Shown: positions 8,780-19,107 of the stretch, in pieces | Layout: every line of letters begins with the position of its first letter | Numbering within the stretch: position 1 is the first letter of the stretch | Source: an uncultured delta proteobacterium | GTDB lineage: Bacteria > Desulfobacterota > RBG-13-43-22 | Assembly (NCBI GenBank): GCA_963838485.1 | Contig: CAWIRY010000186.1 | Location: 6,159-70,158, forward strand | DNA length: 64,000 bases | Direction: 5' to 3' | Translations under genes and position numbers: made by a program | The notes under the pieces: model-generated | Told to the model about the DNA's origin: nothing | The model's input: only the letters and a program-made list of their open reading frames with translations | Databases searched by the model: none

Positions 8780-10486
8780 ATGGCCAACCGGGCATACGAC
8801 CAACCAGCCTTGACGATCCCCGCAGAACTTACCGCGCATTCTCGAAAGATGGAGCAAAAAGTTTATCGGGTCACCGGGAATTATTATCTGGCGTTAGGAT
8901 ACGGCCTCGGCAGCACCCATATGATCGTGGGGGACAAGGGCGTCATCCTGATCGACCCGATCGAATGCGTTGAGAAATGCCGCGAGATCAACAGGGCCTT
9001 TCGGGAAATTACCGATAAGCCCGTTAAGGCCGTCATTTACACCCACATGCACGTCGATCACTTCTGGGGCGTCAAGGGCTTTGTTTCGGAGGAGGAAGTC
9101 CTCTCAGGACGATGTGCCGTCATCGCCCATGAAACCATGGTCCAAAATTTCGTCTTGAGCGCTGCCAACGGTCCCGGAATATACAATATGGTCCGAAGCG
9201 ACTATTCCTTCGGCAACTATCTGGAACTCGGGCCTGAAGGTCGGGTCAACAACGGCATCGGTCCGGACGTACTGGTAAAGAAAACGTCTTTTATTCCGCC
9301 CACCATGACCGTCAAGGACCAGTTGGACCTGGAAATCGCCGGAGTGAACATGCACATCTTCTGGGTCCCCAGTGAATGCGATGATGAAATTGCGGTCTGG
9401 TTCCCGGATATGAAGGTGCTCTGCAGTGCGGAGGTCATTCAGGGAGAGGCCTTCCCGAACCTGCACACCTTGCGCGGGACCCGGTACCGGGACCCCAGGC
9501 AGTGGTACAAGAGCATTGACCTTCTGCGCCGGTTTGACGCCGAATACCTGGCCCCTTCCCACGGACGACCCGTCTATGGCCGGGAAAACATCGCCGATGT
9601 TCTAAGGGCCTACCGGGATGCCATCCAGTTCGTGCACAACCAGACCATCCGTCTGATGAACGAAGGGTACACGGCCGACGAACTGGTCGGCCTCATCCGG
9701 CTTCCGGATCATCTGGCCCGGCACCCCTGGCTGGGCGAGTTCTACGGCACGGTCAAGCACGCGGTCCGGGAAATTTATCAAGGGGAGATCGGTTGGTTTA
9801 GTGGTGACCCCACCACGCTGGACCCTATACCCCCCCTGGAGTCCGCCGCCCGTCATCTGAAACTTATGGGCGGCCGGGACCCTTTGGTGGCTGAAGCGAA
9901 AAAGGCCTTGGAAACCGGGGATTACCAATGGGCCGCGGAACTGACTACCTATGTTATCCGGGTGGACAAAAACGATAAGGAGGCCCGCGGCGTCAAGGCG
10001 GAAGCGCTTCGGCAACTCGGGTATCGGACGATCAATACCAACTGGAGGTGCTGGTACCTGAGCTCGGCCCGCGAACTGGAGGGGGTGGGGCTGGATTATA
10101 CCGGCAGGCTTCACGGAGGGGAGATGATCCGGGCCCTTCCCGTGGCCGTCATCCTGGAAGCCATGGGCCTGCGTTTGATTCCGGAAAAGGCCCTTCCTGT
10201 TCACCTGACCGTGGGGTTCTGCTTTCCCGACCTCAAGGAGGCCTATGCTTTGGAAATTCGAATGGGCGTGGCCGAGTTCCATCAGAAATACCCGGACAAA
10301 GTGGATGCGGCTGTTACCATGGACCATACCCTGTTATTGGATATCATAACCGGCGTTACTTCGATTAAGGAAGGCCTCGAGTCCGGGGCCCTATCTTTGG
10401 ATGGCGACATCAGCCACTTAGCCGGGTTCTTCGCCTGTTTTGGAAAACCGAAAAGACCCGAAGATATTCAGTTGACGCTCCGGTAA
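8780..10486 (+). CDS. Metallo-beta-lactamase-fold alkyl/aryl-sulfatase (SdsA1/YjcS/Bds1 family)
   Basis: MBL motif YTHMHVDHFWG. The 568-aa length and the C-terminal region are consistent with a dimerisation domain plus an SCP2-like domain. No signal peptide is visible. Confidence 0.8.
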   Translation: MANRAYDQPALTIPAELTAHSRKMEQKVYRVTGNYYLALGYGLGSTHMIVGDKGVILIDPIECVEKCREINRAFREITDKPVKAVIYTHMHVDHFWGVKGFVSEEEVLSGRCAVIAHETMVQNFVLSAANGPGIYNMVRSDYSFGNYLELGPEGRVNNGIGPDVLVKKTSFIPPTMTVKDQLDLEIAGVNMHIFWVPSECDDEIAVWFPDMKVLCSAEVIQGEAFPNLHTLRGTRYRDPRQWYKSIDLLRRFDAEYLAPSHGRPVYGRENIADVLRAYRDAIQFVHNQTIRLMNEGYTADELVGLIRLPDHLARHPWLGEFYGTVKHAVREIYQGEIGWFSGDPTTLDPIPPLESAARHLKLMGGRDPLVAEAKKALETGDYQWAAELTTYVIRVDKNDKEARGVKAEALRQLGYRTINTNWRCWYLSSARELEGVGLDYTGRLHGGEMIRALPVAVILEAMGLRLIPEKALPVHLTVGFCFPDLKEAYALEIRMGVAEFHQKYPDKVDAAVTMDHTLLLDIITGVTSIKEGLESGALSLDGDISHLAGFFACFGKPKRPEDIQLTLR

Positions 10487-10573
10487 TGGGTGCCCGATAG
10501 GGCCTTATTCGAAAGGTTGTATTCCGCTTGGCGCAAAAAATCAGCGGGCCGGGGAATTCGTGCGCGCTTCCTG

Positions 10574-13095
10574 TTAGAAACTAATCCTCCGGTAAAAGAT
10601 TTTTTTTGCCCCTTCGGCGGTAATAATATACATCCCCACAATGACGGCCATCAAAGGAATAAAATACAACGGTAAGACCTCGAAGCCGAATATCTCTCCC
10701 AAAGGCGTATAGGGAATGAGCAGGGTGGCTATGGTCACCAACAAGGTGGCCAGAGTCAGGGCCTTACCCGGTTTGCTTTTAAAAAAGGGCTGGCGGGTGC
10801 GTATCACCAGCACGATTAAGGCAGCCGATATAACCGATTCGATAAACCAACCAGTTCGAAATTGAGCGGGTCGGGCCTTGAGGAGGAACAAAAGGATACC
10901 GAAGGTCAGGTAATCGAAGATCGAGCTGATCAAGCCGAAGGTAATCATAAAATTTTTAATAAACCGGATGTTCCAGCGCCTGGGTCTTTCCACCAATTCC
11001 CGGTCCACCCGATCGGTGGCAATGGTCAACTCAGGGAAATCGGTCAGCAGGTTGGTCAGCAGGATCTGCTTGGGAAGCAATGGAAGAAAGGTCAGAAAAA
11101 GGGAGGCCCCGGCCATGCTGAACATGTTGCCGAAATTGGCACTGGTAGCCATAAAGACGTACTTAAGGGTATTGGCAAAGGTGGTCCGGCCTTCACCGAT
11201 GCCCTGGGCCAGGACCTTTAGATCCTTTTCCAACAAGACGATATCGGCCGCTTCTTTGGCCACGTCCACGGCCTGATCGACGGAAATGGCCACGTCGGCG
11301 GCATGAAGGGCCGAGGCGTCGTTAATCCCATCCCCCATATAGCCCACGACATTGCCTGTTTTTCTCAAGGCCAGAATAATACGTTCTTTCTGGTTGGGTT
11401 CGACCTCGGCAAATATGTCCGTCTCGTTGACTTTTTGAGACAAGGCCCGATCGCCGGTCTTTTGAAGTTCTGGGCCGGTGACTATTTTCAGATTCGAAAG
11501 CCCCATCTGTCCGCCGATGGCAGCCGCTACCAGCCGGTTATCTCCGGTAATGATCTTTAAAGAGACCCCCAGATCCTTAAGTTGATTAATGGTCTCCACA
11601 ATTTCTTTTTTGGGCGGGTCAAAGAGGACCAGGAAGCCTAAAAAGATCAAGTCCCTCTCCTGGTCTCTGGTCAGGACGAGCCCAGGTTCCACCTCCCGAT
11701 AGGCCACCCCGAGCATGCGGAAGCCCTGTTGGCTAAAATCTTTGAAATGGGCTTGTATCTGCTCTTGACCTTGGGTGAGGTCTGCTTGGGTTCCGTCGGC
11801 CCTTTCCACTCGGGAACAGACGGTCAGGACATTGGATAAGGCTCCTTTGGTGATCACCAGGTGCCTGTCCCCCGGGAGACCAGGATGCTCAATCGTTTGC
11901 GAATAAAATCATAGGGCACTTCGTCGAGCTTCTGATAGCCGGAGAGATCAAAGGTACGGAAGTTGCAAATGGCCTGGTCGATAGGGTTGGTAAAGCCCGA
12001 CTCGTAATAAGCATTCAAATAGGCATAAAGCAGGACCTTTTCATTGTCCCGGCCTTCCCAATCCAAAGCCGAGTGGACCTTGACCGATCCTTCGGTTAAG
12101 GTTCCGGTCTTGTCGGAACACAAGACATTCATGCTACCGAAGTTTTCAATGGAGGATAAACGTTTGACAATAACCTTTTCCCGGGCCATTTTCTTGGCCC
12201 CATGGGCCAGGTTGATGCTGATGATGGCCGGTAAAAGCTGAGGAGTCAACCCGACCGCCAGGGCCAGGGAAAAAAGAAAGGATTCCAGGACCGGCCGGGC
12301 CAAGTAGACATTGATGGCAAATATGGCCATAACCAGGGTTAGGGTGACCTCCATAAGGAGATAGCCGAAATGTTTAACGCCGTGTTCGAATTCCGTCTCC
12401 GGGGCTCGGATTTTAAGCCTTTCCGAAACCTTGCCGAATTCGGTTTCTATTCCGGTGCGGACCACGAGGGCCTGGGCGTTGCCGCTGACCACATGGGTTC
12501 CCATAAAAAGGGTGTTGGTCCTTTTGGCCAGGGGGATTTCCGCGGTCAGGATCGCGGCCATTTTTTCAACCGGATAGGTTTCTCCGGTCAAAGAGGCCTC
12601 ATCCACAAAGAGATCTTTGGAATCCAGAATTAATCCGTCTCCGGGTATGACATCTCCGGCATTAAGCCGGATGATATCTCCGGGAACGATCTGTTGGATG
12701 GGGATTTCCTTAGCCGTTCCCTCACGCAAGACCGTGGACTTAATCTGGATTATGGCCAATAATTTTTTGATGGCATCGGCTGCTCCCCGTTCCTGCCAAA
12801 AGCCCAATAAACCGCTGACCAGAACAATAGTCAAGATAATCAGGGCATCGATCGAATCTTGAAGAAATAGAGATAACCCGGCTGCAAAGATCAGGATAAG
12901 GATGATGGGACTTTTAAATTGACCGAGCAGAAGGGTGAAGGCACCCGATTTTTTAGGCGGCTTGAGAAGATTATAGCCATATTCCTCAAGCCTCTGTTGA
13001 GCTTCTGTTTCAGTCAACCCTTGTGGAGAGGTTTTCATCTCCTGAAATAATTGATCAGGAGGGAGACTCCAAAAGGCAAGTATTTTTTGATTCAT
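10574..13095 (-). pseudogene. mgtA: Mg2+-importing P-type ATPase (MgtA type), split by a 1-nt frameshift as assembled
   Basis: ORF 11854..13095 carries the N-terminus, TGE region, GLTPQLLPAII and CSDKTGTLT. ORF 10574..11857 carries GDGINDASAL and the C-terminal TM helices. Reading ..ILVS(P)GDRHLVITKGA.. restores continuity if one base is added in the tcccggggg run near 11857-11875. Confidence 0.8.
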
Positions 13096-13116
13096 AACAA
13101 ACTCCCCCTTTAGAGT

Positions 13117-15536
13117 TTACAATCCGAACCTTCTGAACAGATAATATTTGGGGAAATCAATCCCGAGCGTAAAGAGTACGGAGAATCCTAGAACGGCCAC
13201 GACCTGATAGGGGGTGACGGATGGGACAAAGATACCGTAGATACCCAGCAGGGCAAAGCCGATCAGGGTCGCTGCACTCAGGATAATTAATTCCCGGCTC
13301 GGGAATGAGGACCAGAAGTGTCTCCGCTCCCTTACGATCAATACCCTGAACTGACTGTTGAACACCAGGTTCAGCATGACCAGGGTGCGCAGCCTTTCCC
13401 ATTCCAAATGGAAATAGTTCAAACCCATCAGGATCACCAGCAGGTCTTCCACAATCAGAAGCATGCCCGGAACGAGCGAGGCCAGAGTAATATTCTTGAC
13501 ATTCCACTGGTTCGGGTTGGGCGTATGCTTCACATGGTCGGTTGCCAGGGACATGGTTACGAAATCGTTGGCAAACACCAGCAGCGCCATCCCGAGGAGA
13601 GAGAGCACAATTTCATGGAGCCAGAAGAAACCCAAGGTCAGTAAACCAACAAATTCGATAACTTTGGTGACCTTGTTAAAACCCAGGTGAGCATTCGCTG
13701 ATAGGTCTGCCTGCTTATGGTTATGGTATCAATGATGACACCGATACCCGGTTCGGTCAAAACCACGCTGGCAGAGGCCTTGGCCACGTCAGTGGAATTG
13801 CTCACCGCTACTCCCATCTCGGCCTGCTTCAACGCCGGCGCATCATTGACTCCGTCGCCGGTCATCCCGACCATGTGCCCCCTGGATTGCAGAAGCTTGA
13901 CGATTTTATACTTGTCCTCAGGATATATCTCGGCAAACCCGTCGCTTTCTCCGACCACCTTGACCCGTTCATCTTCGCTTAAGGCCTCGATATCCGCCAT
14001 CCGGATAATGTTACCGCCGATTCCTGTCTGAACGGCGATCTCTCTACCTATGGCGATATTGTCGCCGGTAAGCATCATCGGCTTTATCCCCAGTCTTCTG
14101 GCTTCCTCTATGATGCGCTTCGAATCCGGCCTGGGCGGATCAGCCAGAGGCAGCAATCCCGCCAGTTTGAGATCGTTCAGGTCATCTCCTTCCGATCGGG
14201 CCACGGCAATCGTTCTGAATCCTTTCCGGGAAAACGCTTCGATCATCCCGTCGGCCTTCTCCCGGTCCGCTTGGTTTATTCCTTGGCACAGGGATAGGAC
14301 CACCTGGGCGGCGCCTTTAACGACCCTGAAGCGCTTTCCGGCCCCTTCGATAATCGCCTCCGTTCTCTTAATGGACGGATTAAAAGGGGTGTATTCGATC
14401 TGCCGGTAGCCGCTAAGATCAAATCCTTTTATTTTAGCATATTCGATTACCGCCAGGTCTATGAGGTCCATACCCTCCTCCTGAGAGGCTAAGGCGGCTA
14501 AGGCAAAAACATCCTCTTGCCTATATTCGGAGAAGGGCAGGCCGTCGATAACCGATAATCTATTTTGAGTTATCGTCCCGGTCTTGTCGAGGCAAAGGAC
14601 ATCAATGGATGCGGCATCCTCGATGGATGCCAGTCTGGTCACCAGCGCTCCCCTTTTGGCCAGCTCCATGGCTCCGACCGACTGGACTATGGACAGAACG
14701 GCCGGAAGGGCCACAGGGACCGCCCCCATGAGGAATATCACGGCGAAGGTCAGTATTAATAGAATACCGGCATGGATCACCAGGGCATATAGGGAGACTA
14801 AGATCGCGGCGGCTATACCCAGAACCATCATATTTTTGACTATAGCCATCATCACCTCGTCCTGATGGGATTTCGGCCTGGCTATTTTGACCAATTCGGT
14901 TGTTTTACCGAAATAGGTATTGGCTCCGGTATTGACCACCAGACCTCTGGCCTCTCCCCGCACCACTACCGAGCCGGCGTAGAGGATATCCGATGGATGG
15001 CTCTTTACAGGCAGGGATTCTCCCGTCAGGGCCGATTGATCAACGGAAAGTTCGCCACTCATCAATACCGCATCGGCCGGTACGATATCCCCAAGTCCGA
15101 CAGTGATAACGTCTCCGGGCACGATCTCTTTAGCCTCTTTTATGACCCATTTCCCGTTTCGCAAAACCTTGGCCTTGATGGCCAACTTTTTCTTGAGAAG
15201 CTCGACGGCCCTTTGGGAGCCCCTTGAGTGGAGGTGACCTATGACGGCATTGACCGTCAAAAGAACAAAAATGATGATTCCTTCCAGGTCATGTTTCAGG
15301 ACGAAAGAAAGCGCCATGGCCAGCTCCAGCAGCCAGGGCATTGGCCCCCAGTACCGCAGCAGGAATTCAAGAAAGGGATTCTTCTTTTTCTCTATGATTT
15401 CGTTGTATCCGAACCTCTCAAGGCGCTTTTCGACTTCGGACTCCGTGAGACCCGTTATGGAGGCCTCCAGGGACCTGAGGGTCGCCTCCATGGAGATTTT
15501 TTTATACTCCGAAGTGCTTCTGACTTTATCATCCAT
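13117..15536 (-). pseudogene. Type IIIA (plasma-membrane H+-ATPase-like) P-type ATPase, split by a 1-nt frameshift as assembled
   Basis: ORF 13638..15536 has LTGESLPV, CLDKTGTITQNRL and TGDGVNDAPALKQAEMGVAV. ORF 13117..13635 holds the last TM helices. An extra A in gttttaa(a)caagg (about 13676-13681) gives a continuous ..RMLTWVLNKVTKVIEFVGLLTLGFFWLHE.. Confidence 0.75.
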
Positions 15537-15619
15537 ACAGACCTCTCTTTTATTATTACCCGTCCCTTAATCCCCAGGGGATGTAAATAGGCCGTCGGTG
15601 TTTAAGGAGTCTAATCCTC

Positions 15620-16219
15620 TTATTTTTTTATAGTCAACTTGGGCTTCAGGTATCTATAAAATGAATAAATAATAATTGAGAAGAGTATAACTAAAATAAC
15701 AATATGCTCAATTCTAACCAGGCCCCGTCTTAAGAGTTTGAGACTATTCCCACCCCAATAGCCTGCCCCGATCATCAGGGCCATGGTGAAGATAGAAGAA
15801 ACCGCATCGGTGATAAAAAATTTTAGAGTGGGCATTCTCATAATCCCTGAGACCAGAAATATTTGGGCCCTCAACCCGGCAACATGCCTTCCCAATAAAA
15901 TAAGAAGGAGCCCTATCCGGTTGAATTTTTTTTCAAGAAAAGAGAGCCGTTCCGGAGAAATCCATTTATGGAATCGTCGGTGGGTAACGATCTGGCGACC
16001 ATATTTTCTGCCGATAAAATGGAGGGTCAGGTCGGCGATCAAAAGCCCGGCATAGACGGTGAGCAAAGCTGGAACGGGCCTGACCACCTGGGTGGAGATC
16101 AATAGGCCGCACAGGATCAGGGTGGCATCTTCCGGAAAAGGCAGGCCCACCCCTCCCAGGATAAGAAGGATGAACATCCCCAGGTAGGGAAAATGCTCAA
16201 TGTGGGTGAAGAGGGTCAC
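15620..16219 (-). CDS. DedA/VTT-domain membrane protein
   Basis: 199 aa. N-terminus ..YLGMFILLILGGVGLPFPEDATLILCGLL.. and a multi-TM profile typical of the DedA family. Confidence 0.75.
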   Translation of the reverse strand: MTLFTHIEHFPYLGMFILLILGGVGLPFPEDATLILCGLLISTQVVRPVPALLTVYAGLLIADLTLHFIGRKYGRQIVTHRRFHKWISPERLSFLEKKFNRIGLLLILLGRHVAGLRAQIFLVSGIMRMPTLKFFITDAVSSIFTMALMIGAGYWGGNSLKLLRRGLVRIEHIVILVILFSIIIYSFYRYLKPKLTIKK

Positions 16220-16281
16220 CTATTGCCGTTAATCCAAGCCTTAATGGATTCAGATGTTCGAGATAATTTTATTCAGCCATT

Positions 16282-16848
16282 TTATCCAGACACCTTTTTT
16301 AGCAACCAGGCCATTCGTTGTCCAAGAGTTTTAACCATCTGGATCCCTTCTTCGTCTTTTTCCACTTCCCCTATGTTCCTGCCAATTCCGATACCTCTCC
16401 CCACAATGATCATTTGCCCGGCAAGAAAAAAGTGATTCATGGAATCGAGCGTGTGGATACCCCCGGTACGACGTAAGGCGACCACAGAAGCCCCCACCTT
16501 ATTTCTATACAAGCCACCATTGGCCATAGAAACAAAACCAGCCCGGTCAATAAGGGCTTTCATCTCGGCCGTAACGTCGGCAAAATAGACCGGGGAACCC
16601 AGGATTATCCCATCGGCCATAATCATCTTTTCGATGCATTCATTAGCCAGGTCGTCTTTGACCGAACAGCGCCGGTCCTTATTTTCGAAACACTTATAAC
16701 AGGCCATACAGCCATGGATTTTCTTCCCGGAAAACTGGACCAATTCCGTTTCCAACCCTTCTTTTTCAAGTTCGCGAAAGACATGGTTAATGAGAATGGC
16801 GGTATTGCCATCTTTCCTGGGGCTGCCATTAAAAGCTAAAACTTTCAT
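16282..16848 (-). CDS. Flavodoxin-fold NAD(P)H-dependent FMN reductase / iron-sulfur flavoprotein-like protein
   Basis: MKVLAFNGSPRKDGNT phosphate-loop-like motif. Cys cluster HGCMACYKC..RRC. GSPVYF motif. Confidence 0.7.
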   Translation of the reverse strand: MKVLAFNGSPRKDGNTAILINHVFRELEKEGLETELVQFSGKKIHGCMACYKCFENKDRRCSVKDDLANECIEKMIMADGIILGSPVYFADVTAEMKALIDRAGFVSMANGGLYRNKVGASVVALRRTGGIHTLDSMNHFFLAGQMIIVGRGIGIGRNIGEVEKDEEGIQMVKTLGQRMAWLLKKVSG

Positions 16849-17203
16849 GTTGTTTCCGTCCTTTCAGATTTATTTACAGGTTTAAACCATTACAAGTTAC
16901 AACAACCTACCACTGAACTTTCTTGTTCTATTCTTTGTTGATTTCAATGATCTTATCAATTACTTCGGACAGTTTTTCTTCTGTGATGGTCCCGATTCGG
17001 TGGGATGATATTGAACCCATTATAAAATATAAATATTATCATGACAAATTATTTTCGGATCGTCTCCAAAAGAGTTGGAGAGATCTGAAGGATTCAAGGG
17101 GCAAGAGTTCGAGAGTCGATCCCGATAAGGTCAAGACTTTTCCGGAATGGACGCCGGGAAAGTCGAGAACCTGAAAAGACATCTGGATAGAAAAATCGTA
17201 GAC

Positions 17204-17269
17204 CGGCAACAGTCCTATCGCCGTTCAGGATTGGTTTTCATTAAGTGATCGAAGAGGACTGTTGCCGGT
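17204..17269 (-). terminator. Long inverted repeat just downstream of the degP-like gene, a possible terminator
   Basis: Perfect 14-bp arms CCGGCAACAGTCCT (17204-17217) and AGGACTGTTGCCGG (17256-17269), 11 nt after the stop. The loop is 38 nt and the U-run is not adjacent, so this is weak as an intrinsic terminator. Confidence 0.3.
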
Positions 17270-17280
17270 GAAAAAACTAC

Positions 17281-18744
17281 CTATTTCAGTTTTATGGCTG
17301 CAAAGAGTTTATTGTCTCCTCTCTGGATGAAGAGCAGGACGGTGTCCTGACCTTTGGCCTTCTCCAGCTTCCGGACAAAATCATCGGCATTTTTGACCGG
17401 TTTCCGGTTGACTTCCCGGATGACATCCCCGGACTGGAGGCCCGCCTCGGCGGCCGGGCTCTCCGGTTCGACCTGGGTCACCACCACGCCCGTTGATTCC
17501 TTCAAACCGAGTCCCTGGGCGATTTCAGGGGTAAGGTCTTGGACCGAAAGCCCCAGGGATTTATGGGAAGAAGGCGCCATGGTTTTTTCGGCCTTCTCAG
17601 TCAATTCTCCCACTATCAACGAACGGTCCATGACTTTTCCCTCTCGCCACAACTTGATGGTGACTGTTTTCCCCACCGGGGTCTCGGCCACGATCCTGGG
17701 CAGGTCTTTGGAGTCCGAAACCGTTTTGCCGTCAAATTCCAGGATAACGTCTCCCGGCGCGATGCCGGCCTTTTCCGCCGGGCTGTTCGGGCCGACCTGG
17801 GCAACCAGGGCCCCCTTATTATCCTTGAGGCCAAACGATTTGGCTAATTCCGGGGTCACCCCCTGGATATAAACGCCCAGCCAGCCTCGGGTCACATGGC
17901 CCTTGTCCTGGAGTTGAGCGGCAATCTCTTTGGCCATGTTGATCGGGATGGCAAAACCGATCCCCTGGCCTTCGGCCATAATGGCCGTGTTGATGCCCAC
18001 CACTTCACCCTTCATGTTGATCAGGGGACCGCCGCTGTTGCCGGGGTTGATGGAGGCGTCCGTCTGAATAAAGTTATCATAGGGACCTTCTCCGATCACT
18101 CTTCCCTTGGCACTGACAATGCCCGCGGTCACAGTCTGTTCCAATCCGAAAGGACTCCCAATGGCCATTACCCAGTTGCCGACTTTCATTTCTTCTGAGT
18201 TCCCCAGTTTGAGGGGGTGAAGATCCGAGGCCCCATTAATCTTGAGCAGGGCCAGGTCGGTCTTGGGGTCCCGCCCCACGACCTTACCCTTATACTCCTG
18301 GCCATTGCTGAGCTTCACCTGGATCTGATCGGCCCCTTCGACCACGTGGTTGTTGGTCAGAATATACCCGTCCCGGCTGATGACAAACCCGGACCCGACA
18401 CCCCGCTGTTCAAAATTTCTCGGTTGATTTCCCTGAGGGGAAGGCCCGAAAAAATTTCCGAAGGGATTCTTGTCCCCAAAAGGAAACCCGGGAAAGTTAG
18501 GGAACCCCAAGCCGACGTTTTTAACTTTCTTGACAACCTGGAGATTGACGACCCCGGGACGGACCTTTTCCGCCAGATCGCTAAAGTTGGCCGGAACCAT
18601 GGGGGTCTGGGAAAGGGTGGCCCCTGACGAAACTGCTGCCTCGGAATGCTTGACGGCCATGGATACCCCAAGCCCTGCTCCCACCAGGGTCCCGATCATG
18701 ATCAGGGCGACGAAAATTGTTTTGAATCGTTTTTTTGCTTCCAT
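17281..18744 (-). CDS. Periplasmic serine endoprotease of the DegP/DegQ/HtrA family (trypsin domain plus two PDZ domains)
   Basis: N-terminal TM/signal segment. Catalytic context TNNHVV, ..D.ALLK.. and GNSGGPL. Two PDZ-like segments in the C-terminus. Good RBS (aggagg). Confidence 0.9.
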   Translation of the reverse strand: MEAKKRFKTIFVALIMIGTLVGAGLGVSMAVKHSEAAVSSGATLSQTPMVPANFSDLAEKVRPGVVNLQVVKKVKNVGLGFPNFPGFPFGDKNPFGNFFGPSPQGNQPRNFEQRGVGSGFVISRDGYILTNNHVVEGADQIQVKLSNGQEYKGKVVGRDPKTDLALLKINGASDLHPLKLGNSEEMKVGNWVMAIGSPFGLEQTVTAGIVSAKGRVIGEGPYDNFIQTDASINPGNSGGPLINMKGEVVGINTAIMAEGQGIGFAIPINMAKEIAAQLQDKGHVTRGWLGVYIQGVTPELAKSFGLKDNKGALVAQVGPNSPAEKAGIAPGDVILEFDGKTVSDSKDLPRIVAETPVGKTVTIKLWREGKVMDRSLIVGELTEKAEKTMAPSSHKSLGLSVQDLTPEIAQGLGLKESTGVVVTQVEPESPAAEAGLQSGDVIREVNRKPVKNADDFVRKLEKAKGQDTVLLFIQRGDNKLFAAIKLK

Positions 18745-18989
18745 ATCTTTCCTCCTTGTTGAGATAGTGGCTGTTAGACTGCACCCAGTCTTTTTCTATG
18801 GACTGAAAGATAAACCTGGAAACTGACTGGAAGCTGACCGGAAGATTACAAGTTGGTCATGTTCAGGAATGACAGAAATGCGCTTATGGAAAAATCAGAA
18901 TTTATTCACCACAGAGCTCTGTGGTAAATAAGAGTTTCAAAGGGCTAAAATGTAACGAAAACTTTTATAATCAGGTTTGATGGTTTCAT

Positions 18990-19099
18990 AAAAAGTCGTC
19001 GAAAGCTTATTCTCGTCATTCCGACGAAAGTCGGAATCCAGTATTTAACCACTTAAAATTCTTCTGGACCCCGGCTTTCGCCGGGGTGACGACTTTTTA
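18990..19099. repeat. MITE-like palindromic repeat, family R1, copy B
   Basis: Terminal inverted repeat AAAAAGTCGTC (18990-19000) / GACGACTTTTT (19089-19099). Inner arms GTCATTCCGACgaaaGTCGGAATCCAG and CTGGACCCCGGCtttcGCCGGGGTGAC. Confidence 0.6.
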
Positions 19100-19107
19100 C
19101 CGGATTA

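Noticed and set aside
16928-17020. A 30-codon minus-strand ORF, MGSISSHRIGTITEEKLSEVIDKIIEINKE, resembling the C-terminal tail of MazF/PemK toxins.
   Set aside because: It is too short and the similarity is pattern-level only. The upstream frame is closed by a stop after five codons. At best it is a gene remnant, so it is not reported as a feature.
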